Assembly: GCA_018828505.1 (NCBI GenBank)
Contig: JAHJVF010000320.1
Span: 1-36,699 of the forward strand
Reading direction: 5' to 3'
DNA: 36,699 bases
DNA from: Bacteroidota bacterium
GTDB taxonomy: Bacteria > Bacteroidota > Ignavibacteria > Ch128b
Shown: piece after piece, positions 17,828-26,044 of the stretch
How positions within the stretch are numbered: the first letter of the stretch is position 1
Layout of the letters: every line of letters starts with the position of its first letter
Translations under genes and position numbers: made by a program
Notes under the pieces: model-generated
What the model saw: only the letters and a program-made list of their open reading frames with translations
Databases searched by the model: none
What the model was told of the DNA's origin: nothing

Positions 17828-17843
17828 TGCAAAAATTACGCCA
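17828..17843 (-). promoter_or_regulatory. Candidate sigma54 (-24/-12) promoter upstream of GH5-CBM6
   Basis: The minus strand reads TGGCGT-AATTT-TTGCA against the consensus TGGCAC-N5-TTGCW. The -12 TTGC is perfect and the GG-to-GC spacing is correct. It lies about 30 nt upstream of ATG 17799 and about 100 nt downstream of the response-regulator stop. Confidence 0.6.
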
Positions 17844-17944
17844 AGTTTGAAAGTATTTTTTTCTGAATATATTACTTATTTTTGGATAGGGAAATTCCAA
17901 AAGGAACAGTTATTCCAGTAAATTTATTAATATGATAATTCAAA

Positions 17945-19405
17945 TCATTTGAGGCCTAATTCTTTAGCCATCCGATAATAATTCGGAGGAGCTAATCCAA
18001 GCTTTTTAGCGGCTTCGGTATCAGATTCAGAATTATTTCTGACAAATGTAAAATATTTCGCGCGAAATTCTTTTTCGATCTCCCTTAAGGGGATTATTCG
18101 TCCATCATTTTGTAGAGAAAAAACTTCTTTACTTTCTATGATAAGAGGCGAATCAAAAAGACTCACAGCCATTTTCACGTGTGCTTCGGTAATTATTTCT
18201 TCATCAATAAAAAGAATTCTTTGGACAATGTTTTTAAGTTCGCGCACGTTCCCGGGCCAGCCATAATGAATCAAGAAACTCATTGCTTCACTATTTATTA
18301 ACGGCTTATCTTTTCCCATCTCGCGGCTTTCCTGAGTTAAAAAGTAATCGACAAACAATGGGATATCCAATTTACGCTGTTTAAGTTCTGGCACGAAGAT
18401 TGGCAAAACGTTTAATCTATAGTAAAGGTCTTCCCTAAAATTTTTGTGTCTTACTTCTTCTTCTATGTTACGATTTGTTGCAGCAATTATTCTCACATCA
18501 ACTCTGATTTTTTCAGTACGTCCAATTTTTTCAATTTCACCATCCTGAATAACGCGAAGCAGTTTCACCTGAGCGGAAAATGGTAGTTCTGTAACTTCAT
18601 CAAGAAAAATTGTCCCTTTATTCGCAACTTCAAAAAGTCCTGGTTTCCTTTTATCTGCACCTGTGAACGAACCTTTTTCATATCCAAACAGTTCACTCTC
18701 AACCAATTCGTTTGGGATACTTCCACAGTTGATCACAATAAAATTTTCGAATTTCCTCTCGCTCTTATAATGAATATTATAGGCAACCAATTCCTTCCCC
18801 GTACCGGAAGCACCTCTTACTAAAGTTGTTACGTTATTTTGCGAATATTTTAGTATCGCCTCTTTCAATTTTAACATTACCGGAGATTCGCCAATGATTT
18901 CCCTTTGCTTTAGAATATTCTCAACACTAATACGTAGTTTATGATGAGATTTAGAACTTTCCCGCTCCAGAAGGCGCTTTTGATATGCATTAAAAATCGA
19001 AATCACAAAATCTGTTGGCTGGTAAATAAATTCTTCAATATCACCGGGATATTTGGTACAATACCAGTATGCACCGGCTTTCAATAAATTACTTGCAAAA
19101 TCATAGTCAGATAAATTGATCGTCATTTTTGTTATAACAATAATTTGAAGCGAAGAATCTATTTCTTTAATCTTTACAATTAATTCTTCGCCCATTAATC
19201 CGCCAGCGATCTGAAAATCCATAATTACAAGGTCGAACTCTCCCCTTCGATTATTTAGAATTTCCAATGCAGCTTTACCATTGGAAACTACTTCGTTGAT
19301 TTTAATCTTGTCTTCAAAGGGGCGGATAGTATTTTTTACTCTGCGGACATCATATTCCTCATCTTCAATTAGTAGAATTTTAATTTGACCATCTATGTTT
19401 AGCAC
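17945..19405 (-). CDS. Sigma54-dependent response regulator (NtrC family: REC + AAA+ + Fis-type HTH)
   Basis: The REC domain reads KILLIEDEEYD...DLVIMDFQIAGG. The AAA+ domain shows Walker A GASGTGKE, the sigma54-contact loop ESELFGYEKGSFTGA, and RVDVRIIAATN. The C-terminal HTH reads AAKKLGLAPPNYYRMAKELGL. The start is GTG at 19405, 12 nt after the kinase stop. Confidence 0.92.
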   Translation of the reverse strand: MLNIDGQIKILLIEDEEYDVRRVKNTIRPFEDKIKINEVVSNGKAALEILNNRRGEFDLVIMDFQIAGGLMGEELIVKIKEIDSSLQIIVITKMTINLSDYDFASNLLKAGAYWYCTKYPGDIEEFIYQPTDFVISIFNAYQKRLLERESSKSHHKLRISVENILKQREIIGESPVMLKLKEAILKYSQNNVTTLVRGASGTGKELVAYNIHYKSERKFENFIVINCGSIPNELVESELFGYEKGSFTGADKRKPGLFEVANKGTIFLDEVTELPFSAQVKLLRVIQDGEIEKIGRTEKIRVDVRIIAATNRNIEEEVRHKNFREDLYYRLNVLPIFVPELKQRKLDIPLFVDYFLTQESREMGKDKPLINSEAMSFLIHYGWPGNVRELKNIVQRILFIDEEIITEAHVKMAVSLFDSPLIIESKEVFSLQNDGRIIPLREIEKEFRAKYFTFVRNNSESDTEAAKKLGLAPPNYYRMAKELGLK

Positions 19406-19417
19406 GTTTATTGCCTT

Positions 19418-20896
19418 TTAATTTTTATATTTAATTTTAAAAAAGCATCCGCCTTCATCAAAATTTCCAGCATCAATATTCCAACCGCATCTTCTGCTCA
19501 TTTGATATGCGATGTAACAGCCATAACCGGAATTTTTTAAATCCGATGCCTTTGTGGTAATATTTTCCAGAAATATTTTTTTTATCCCTTCCGACGAATT
19601 TTCTAATAAAGATTCAGCCATACCTTTACCGTTATCGCTAATTGTGATCGTACTAGTATTATTAGCTGAATTAAACTCTGTTTTAATTTTTATGTTCAGC
19701 GCCTGATCTCCGCCATGTTCTATACTATTTTGTATTAACGGTTCAATTATTTCCCAAACTACAAATTCATTGATCGGCACTTTTGGAAGTTTTTCATCGA
19801 GTTCGACTTGAAAATTAAATGCATTAGATTTACTTGAAGTCCGTAAAAAAATGTTATCGATTATAAATTTGATTACTTTATTTAAATCAGTACTGAATAA
19901 TTGACTTCGAATCGTTTGAACCGGCGGATCATACCATTTCATATCATAAATCACTCTTGAGACAAAGCTTGAGTAATGGGTTATTCTCTCCTTAACTTCG
20001 TTAATATTTTCGGGCGAAAGCTGGCGCAAATCCTCTTTAATAAACCCCATCACCTTTTCTGCTTTGTGATGAGTATGATAAATTCTATTTGTAAAAGTAA
20101 GTTCTTTTTCGAAGTTGATTTGCTGTTTAATATTCTCTTCATGTTCTTTAAGAAGTTGTTTTTGTGCTTCATCCCTTTCCTTTACTGTATAAGATGAAAT
20201 AAAGTACATCGCGAGCAAACCCAACAGGATGAGGGATAAATATATTGCAGATGTTTCATCATAGCTTGAACTGATTTCGTTAGTGATGAACGAAAAATCC
20301 GGAGTGTTCTTGATGTACAAAGCACCGATGTATTCTCCTCGTAAAACAAACGGGACAAAAGTATTAAAGGTCTGTTTTTCCTCAATTAAGCTGTATATAA
20401 GTTCAGTCTTAGATATTTCAGATTTAATATTTTCATAAAGCGAAATTGCGTTTTTATGAACGGTTTTTGTATCAGGCGGTGTGAACTTTGAATTAAATAA
20501 ATATTCAAAAAGAATTTCGCCCTCATCAATTGCAAAGACCTTTCCCTTTTTAGTAATGAGAATACAAATCTCAGTTATGTTATGCTGAAGGATCTGTTGA
20601 CTAAAAATAATATCAAACGATTGAATAATTTTATTCGCTACATCATCATTTTCGATCATTTCAGGAGTAATTGATTCCAATAATAGTTCAAAAGAAGTAG
20701 TTGTTAAATTTGCCAACCTTTCTGCTGAATCTTTTTGATACCATTCTTGAGTGGCTTCCAGAAAATTTTTAATTGAGTTTTTGTTAATAAACGAAATGAT
20801 AATCTGAAAGATTAAAAGAATTAAAAACAGAACGGTAAGATGTTTAAATTCAAAATGATACTTTTTAATCTTTTCGAAAAATCGTTTTCTGTTCAT
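19418..20896 (-). CDS. Membrane sensor histidine kinase (atypical H-box)
   Basis: 492 aa. It has TM1 (LTVLFLILLIFQIIISFI), a ~180-aa extracytoplasmic domain and TM2 (IYLSLILLGLLAMYFISSY). The candidate H-box is RIYHTHHKAEKVMGFIKEDL. HATPase_c boxes are IIEPLIQNSIEHGG (N), ISDNGKGM (G1) and GYGCYIA (G2). Confidence 0.8.
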   Translation of the reverse strand: MNRKRFFEKIKKYHFEFKHLTVLFLILLIFQIIISFINKNSIKNFLEATQEWYQKDSAERLANLTTTSFELLLESITPEMIENDDVANKIIQSFDIIFSQQILQHNITEICILITKKGKVFAIDEGEILFEYLFNSKFTPPDTKTVHKNAISLYENIKSEISKTELIYSLIEEKQTFNTFVPFVLRGEYIGALYIKNTPDFSFITNEISSSYDETSAIYLSLILLGLLAMYFISSYTVKERDEAQKQLLKEHEENIKQQINFEKELTFTNRIYHTHHKAEKVMGFIKEDLRQLSPENINEVKERITHYSSFVSRVIYDMKWYDPPVQTIRSQLFSTDLNKVIKFIIDNIFLRTSSKSNAFNFQVELDEKLPKVPINEFVVWEIIEPLIQNSIEHGGDQALNIKIKTEFNSANNTSTITISDNGKGMAESLLENSSEGIKKIFLENITTKASDLKNSGYGCYIAYQMSRRCGWNIDAGNFDEGGCFFKIKYKN

Positions 20897-20907
20897 TACT
20901 TAGACAA

Positions 20908-22227
20908 TTATTTAATTACAATAGATTTTGAAAAAATGATTTCAGATGCAGTTTCAAGTGCCTCATCGACTCCAATCTTCTGTTTGATCGCAAGGTTTAT
21001 ATAGTACGATAACACATCTGAAATATATGTGTAGTTTTTTAAAAATGGTCTGTGAACACCACGCTCAAATAAATTTTTATAAAATACCAAATCACTATTT
21101 TGAGCGATGTAAAATGAATCTTTATAAATGCTTTCCCTTGTCGGTAAATAGCTTCCTTCTTCGTACATAATTTTTTGGGCTTCTTCACTCATTAAGAATT
21201 CAATGAGCTTTATCGTCTCAGGGATTTTCGTCGAATATTTTGAGACCATTAGATTCCATCCCCCAAAGACCGAACTCGGAATTTTACCATCGAAATACGG
21301 AGTTGCTGCTTTATCGATATATTTCAAAAGCTCGCGTTTTTTTTCAATCGCTTTATTATCAAGACTCAGAAAACTCGGCCAACCTCTTACAAATATTCCA
21401 TTATTATTTAAGAAATATCCGTAACTATGATTTTCTTTGAAATTGATAACCTCTTTTGGAGAAATATGATACAAATTCACTAAATCGACTAAGAACTTTA
21501 AAGCCTTTTTGGCTTCTTTAGTGTGCAGCTGAAGGGAATCATTCACGACTAAAGGTTTTCCAAGACTCGACATTATTTCAACAAAAATACATATCAATCC
21601 TTCGTAGTCATCAGCCTGGAATGTAAAAAAAGGATTCGTTGTTGATTTTGTTTGCTTATGTAACTCTATGAATTCTTCCCAAGTAATTGAAGAGTTTAAT
21701 TTCTCTTTAATTTTAGTATAGTTAGGTAATTTTTTCAATTCATCGCTTCGATAAAACATCAAAGCCACATCGATATAGAGAGGCAACGCCATCAAACTGT
21801 CATCATAATAACAAGAACTGAGTGCGGGTTTGATAAATTCTTCTTGCTGTTTTTTTGAAAAATATCTATCAAGCGGAATACACCATTTCGCAAATCGAGG
21901 AACCCAAATTAAGTCAACTGCAAAAAGATCAATTCGATCACTTTTATTTCTTAAGTATCGCGCAAGTAACTCTTTTCTTTCATTAGTGCTGAATTTTTCA
22001 AACGGTAAGTTTATAGCTTTAACTTCAATTTGTCCGAAATATTTTTTATTGAAACTATCTATGACCCTTTGATGAGCTTTAGAAATGTTATCCGCATAAT
22101 ATATTTTTGTTACAGATTTGCCTTTATCGGTACTCGACGACGAAATGGGTAAAAAGTTGCTAATCAAAATAAGCAATGAAATTATTACGGTGCTCATTAG
22201 GACGTAAATGATTTTTTCAAATTTCAT
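20908..22227 (-). CDS. Extracellular solute-binding protein (SBP_bac_1-like), membrane-anchored, orphan
   Basis: 439 aa with an N-terminal hydrophobic anchor and no lipobox Cys. SBP family-1-like blocks include IDLFAVDLIWVPRFAKWCIPLD and DDSLMALPLYIDVALMFYRSDELKK. No permease or ATPase genes are present in the window. Its stop is 11 nt before the kinase start. Confidence 0.72.
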   Translation of the reverse strand: MKFEKIIYVLMSTVIISLLILISNFLPISSSSTDKGKSVTKIYYADNISKAHQRVIDSFNKKYFGQIEVKAINLPFEKFSTNERKELLARYLRNKSDRIDLFAVDLIWVPRFAKWCIPLDRYFSKKQQEEFIKPALSSCYYDDSLMALPLYIDVALMFYRSDELKKLPNYTKIKEKLNSSITWEEFIELHKQTKSTTNPFFTFQADDYEGLICIFVEIMSSLGKPLVVNDSLQLHTKEAKKALKFLVDLVNLYHISPKEVINFKENHSYGYFLNNNGIFVRGWPSFLSLDNKAIEKKRELLKYIDKAATPYFDGKIPSSVFGGWNLMVSKYSTKIPETIKLIEFLMSEEAQKIMYEEGSYLPTRESIYKDSFYIAQNSDLVFYKNLFERGVHRPFLKNYTYISDVLSYYINLAIKQKIGVDEALETASEIIFSKSIVIK

Positions 22228-22408
22228 TTTTCGTCTTTTAGAATATTTCGTATCATTTATAAGATAATGTATTTAAATCTCTACTCGATTTGTTATCAAT
22301 TTAATAAAGCTTCCTTATCAAAATAATAAATTTATAAATAACAAATCATTTTTATGCACCAATTTTGTTCCAATATTGTAAAATTTGGATAATATCAATC
22401 TGAATACA

Positions 22409-22423
22409 AGGCATAATTATTGT
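22409..22423 (+). promoter_or_regulatory. Weak sigma54-like promoter candidate for the plus-strand operon
   Basis: It reads AGGCAT-AATTA-TTGT. The GG and the spacing fit the consensus, but the -12 dinucleotide is GT rather than GC. It lies about 140 nt upstream of ATG 22566 and resembles the two minus-strand candidates (GGCRT, AT-rich N5, TTGY). Confidence 0.3.
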
Positions 22424-22565
22424 TCAACTCATAATCTGAGATTAAAGAAAAAAATCTTGAACCAAACAGCATCAAGTAATATAAATTACTTTCCATATAA
22501 CTTATTTTTGCATAAGACTAATTTAAATTTCAAATCATATTTAACAACTTAACACTAGAAGAAAT

Positions 22566-24158
22566 ATGTCAGTATTAGATTATTCCATCGTTATAGTTTA
22601 TTTCCTAATCGTATTGGGAATTGGTTTTTCATTTAGAAAAAAAGGGGAAACCAGTACCGACTATTTTCTTGCCGGTAGGAATGTAGGCTGGTTGGCTATA
22701 GGTGCTTCACTTTTTGCCACAAATATATCCAGCGAGCACTTTCTTGGTCTTGCCGGGACAGGTTCGAAATCCGGATTAGCTGTCGGACATTTCGAGTGGT
22801 TGGCAGTTATAATAGTCTTAATGCTTGGTTGGATATTCACTCCCTTTTATCTTAAGTCAAATGTATTCACGATGCCCGAATTCCTCGAACGCCGTTATAA
22901 TTCTGCAACAAGATATTATCTTTCTTTTGTATCGATCATCGCATACATTCTCACTAAAGTTTCAATTGCACTTTATGCTGGGGGAATTCTATTAAATTTT
23001 GTTGTTGGATGGGATATGTATACTTCAGCGGTTGTAATAGTTCTTGTAACAGGACTGTATACAATTGTTGGTGGTCTTGCCGCAGTTATTTACACAGATT
23101 TGGTCCAGATGTTTATCTTAATAATAGGTTCAATTGCTTTAACTCTGATCGGTCTCAATCAAGCTGGAGGTTGGGACGCTCTAGTTGCCTCAACGCCGGT
23201 AGATTTTTGGCATATGTTTAAACCCATGAGCGATCCAGATTTCCCGTGGACAGGAATTCTCTTCGGTGCACCAATTTTAGGAATTTGGTATTGGTGTACT
23301 GATCAATACATAGTTCAAAGAGTTTTAAGTGCAAAAAATTTAGATCACGCTCAGGCAGGAACAATCTTTGCCGGGTTCTTAAAAATATTACCGGTCTTTA
23401 TTCTTGTACTACCAGGAATCATAGCATATAGTTTATCAAACGGAGAAGTAACCGGAGACAAAGCTTATGCATGGATGGTAACAACTCTACTTCCTTCCGG
23501 ATTAAAAGGGCTTGTAGTCGCGGGGCTCTTAGCTGCTCTGATGTCTTCATTGAGTGGAATGTTCAATTCTACTTCAACATTACTTACAATTGATATTTAT
23601 AAAAAATGGAAACCTGATGCTGATGAAACAACTGTTGTAAGATTCGGACGAATAACAACGGGTGCAATTGTTTTTCTTGGTCTGCTATGGATTCCTTTTA
23701 TAAGTTTACTAAGCGACGAGCGAATGTACGTTTATTTGCAAAGTGTTCAAGCTTATATATCTCCACCGATTGCAGCAGTATTTCTATTCGGAATCTTTTG
23801 GAACAGAGTTAATGCAAAAGGTGCCTTTGCTTCATTACTAACTGGACTAGTACTCGGCGCATTTCGTTTTATTATCGAGATTCAGCATAAAATTTCTCCA
23901 TTTGGTGAAGGATTTTACAAATATGTTGCAAGCGTGAATTTTCTTCATTATGCTGTGTTTTTATTCATTGTTTGTTCCAGTGTTTTAGTTTTTGTGAGCT
24001 TATTTACTGAAGCACCTGATAGAAAGAGATTGATGAATTTAACCTTCTCGGAAGTCGATGTTGATTTCCATCAAAAAACAAAGTATAGAAAATTAAATAT
24101 TGTGCTCTCTACTCTTCTGGTTGGAATAGTACTTTTACTTTGGTGGATATTCAGATAA
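22566..24158 (+). CDS. Sodium:solute symporter (SSS/SGLT family) sugar transporter
   Basis: 530-aa polytopic ORF. SSS blocks include DYFLAGRNVGWLAIGASLFATNISSEHFLGLAG and YWCTDQYIVQRVLSAKN. It is collinear with 14010..15641 along its full length. Confidence 0.9.
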   Translation: MSVLDYSIVIVYFLIVLGIGFSFRKKGETSTDYFLAGRNVGWLAIGASLFATNISSEHFLGLAGTGSKSGLAVGHFEWLAVIIVLMLGWIFTPFYLKSNVFTMPEFLERRYNSATRYYLSFVSIIAYILTKVSIALYAGGILLNFVVGWDMYTSAVVIVLVTGLYTIVGGLAAVIYTDLVQMFILIIGSIALTLIGLNQAGGWDALVASTPVDFWHMFKPMSDPDFPWTGILFGAPILGIWYWCTDQYIVQRVLSAKNLDHAQAGTIFAGFLKILPVFILVLPGIIAYSLSNGEVTGDKAYAWMVTTLLPSGLKGLVVAGLLAALMSSLSGMFNSTSTLLTIDIYKKWKPDADETTVVRFGRITTGAIVFLGLLWIPFISLLSDERMYVYLQSVQAYISPPIAAVFLFGIFWNRVNAKGAFASLLTGLVLGAFRFIIEIQHKISPFGEGFYKYVASVNFLHYAVFLFIVCSSVLVFVSLFTEAPDRKRLMNLTFSEVDVDFHQKTKYRKLNIVLSTLLVGIVLLLWWIFR

Positions 24159-24204
24159 TTATTTTAAAGTAAAAAAATATAGAATTGAAAAATGGATTTG
24201 AGTG

Positions 24205-26004
24205 ATGAAGATCTTTCTTGTTGTAATTTTTTTCGTCGTTATTTTTTCGCAATCTTGTAAAAATCAAACCACAGATCCGTCATCACCGAATACACTTAGT
24301 CTTGACCAAAAAGTCGATAGTGTATTAGCTTTGATGACGCTCGATGAAAAAATCGGGCAAATGACTCAAGTCGATCGGTCATTTCTTGAAAAAGAAGAAG
24401 ACATAAAAAATTATTTTTTAGGATCGTTGCTTTCCGGCGGAGGCTCTTCGCCTTCAAATAATTCACCTGCAGGTTGGGCAGATATGTATGATAGATATCA
24501 AAGCTTTGCTCTGCAAACTCGCTTGAAAATACCATTGTTGTATGGAATTGATGCAGTACACGGACACAACAATGTTAAAGGAGCTGTTATTTTCCCTCAC
24601 AATATCGGAATGGGAGCTACGAACAATCCTTCATTAGTAGAGGAAGCAGCACGGATAACTGCCGCTGAAGTTTATGGCACAGGAATTCGTTGGACATTTT
24701 CTCCATGCATTGCTGTTCCGCGTGATGAAAGATGGGGAAGAACTTACGAAGGATTTGGAGAAATTCCGGAAATCACCGAAGCAATGTCAGAAGCAATGGT
24801 GAAAGGTTATCAGGGAAACAAATTAGATTTACCCGGTTCCATTCTTGCTTGTGCAAAACATTTTGTTGGTGATGGTGGTACAGAGGGAGGCAAGGATCAA
24901 GGCGATACAAAAATTAATGAAGCAACTTTGAGATCAATTCATATGAAGGGATACATTTCAGCAATTAAAGCCAGAGTTAAGTCAATAATGGCATCATACA
25001 ACAGCTGGAATGGTTCTAAAATTCACGGAAATAAATATTTACTTACAGAGGTCTTAAAAAACGAATTAGGTTTTAAAGGATTTTTAGTTTCTGATTGGGA
25101 AGCAATTGATCAACTTCCGGGTGACTATAAAAGCGATATCGAAACATCGATAAATGCTGGCATTGATATGGTGATGGTGCCAAGAAAATACAAAGAGTTT
25201 TTAGCCAATTTGAAGTCATTAGTTAATGATAACAAAGTGCCGATATCACGTATAAATGATGCCGTTAAAAGAATATTAAAAGTAAAATTTGAATTAGGAC
25301 TTTTTGAAAAACCATATACCGATCGAACTTTCACACCATTGATTGGTTCATCTTCCCATAGAGAAGTCGCGAGAGATTGTGTGAGACAATCATTAGTTTT
25401 ATTAAAGAATGAGAATAATTCATTACCAATCTCAAAGAGCTTAAAACGAATTCACGTTGCTGGAAAAAATGCAAATAATTTAGGTTATCAATGCGGTGGA
25501 TGGACAATTTCCTGGCAGGGCGGAAGTGGTGACATTACAACCGGGACGACAATTTTACAAGCAATTAAAAACACTGTTTCACTAGCTACTAATGTAACTT
25601 ATTCCATTGATGGCTTAGGTGCAGAAGGCGCGGATTTTGGAATAGTTGTGATTGGAGAAACACCTTATGCTGAAGGTAACGGCGATCGTTCTGATTTGAA
25701 TATTTCACAGGAAGATCTTTTGGCGATTGTTAAAATGAAAGGTGCAGGTATTCCTGTTTTAACTATTCTTATTTCCGGCAGACCGATGATTTTAGGTCAA
25801 GCTCTTTCGATTAGTGATGCTCTGATCTCTGCTTGGTTACCCGGCACAGAAGGACAAGGTGTTGCAGATGTAATTTTCGGTGATTATAATCCAACAGGCA
25901 GGTTAACTCATTCCTGGCCAAGAACAATGGGTCAAATTCCAATCAATTATGGTGATTCGAATTATGATCCATTATTCCCTTATGGTTTTGGATTGAGTTA
26001 CTAA
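24205..26004 (+). CDS. GH3 beta-D-glucan exohydrolase-type beta-glucosidase, probable lipoprotein
   Basis: GH3 motifs are [29 protein letters not shown] and the nucleophile context [13 protein letters not shown]. It has two domains and no Fn3 tail. I prefer ATG 24205 over the track's GTG 24202. The lipobox-like signal is [18 protein letters not shown]. Confidence 0.9.
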   Translation: MKIFLVVIFFVVIFSQSCKNQTTDPSSPNTLSLDQKVDSVLALMTLDEKIGQMTQVDRSFLEKEEDIKNYFLGSLLSGGGSSPSNNSPAGWADMYDRYQSFALQTRLKIPLLYGIDAVHGHNNVKGAVIFPHNIGMGATNNPSLVEEAARITAAEVYGTGIRWTFSPCIAVPRDERWGRTYEGFGEIPEITEAMSEAMVKGYQGNKLDLPGSILACAKHFVGDGGTEGGKDQGDTKINEATLRSIHMKGYISAIKARVKSIMASYNSWNGSKIHGNKYLLTEVLKNELGFKGFLVSDWEAIDQLPGDYKSDIETSINAGIDMVMVPRKYKEFLANLKSLVNDNKVPISRINDAVKRILKVKFELGLFEKPYTDRTFTPLIGSSSHREVARDCVRQSLVLLKNENNSLPISKSLKRIHVAGKNANNLGYQCGGWTISWQGGSGDITTGTTILQAIKNTVSLATNVTYSIDGLGAEGADFGIVVIGETPYAEGNGDRSDLNISQEDLLAIVKMKGAGIPVLTILISGRPMILGQALSISDALISAWLPGTEGQGVADVIFGDYNPTGRLTHSWPRTMGQIPINYGDSNYDPLFPYGFGLSY

Positions 26005-26044
26005 AAAATTAAAATGTAAAACTTATAGTTATCAATGTGAATGA

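Noticed and set aside
17880-17902. Palindrome TTTTGGA-N9-TCCAAAA upstream of the 17828-17843 promoter, considered as an activator-binding site (UAS)
   Set aside because: No TTGGA/TCCAA half-sites occur upstream of the second sigma54 candidate (15685-15801). The divergent region only has the everted arrangement TCCAA-N11-TTGGA (22369-22389). A shared regulon motif is therefore not supported from this window alone.
20908-22227. Reading the solute-binding protein as part of an ABC sugar importer
   Set aside because: No permease or ATP-binding genes are present anywhere in the window. The gene is instead coupled (11-nt gap) to a histidine kinase, and the transport role in the locus is covered by two SSS symporters.
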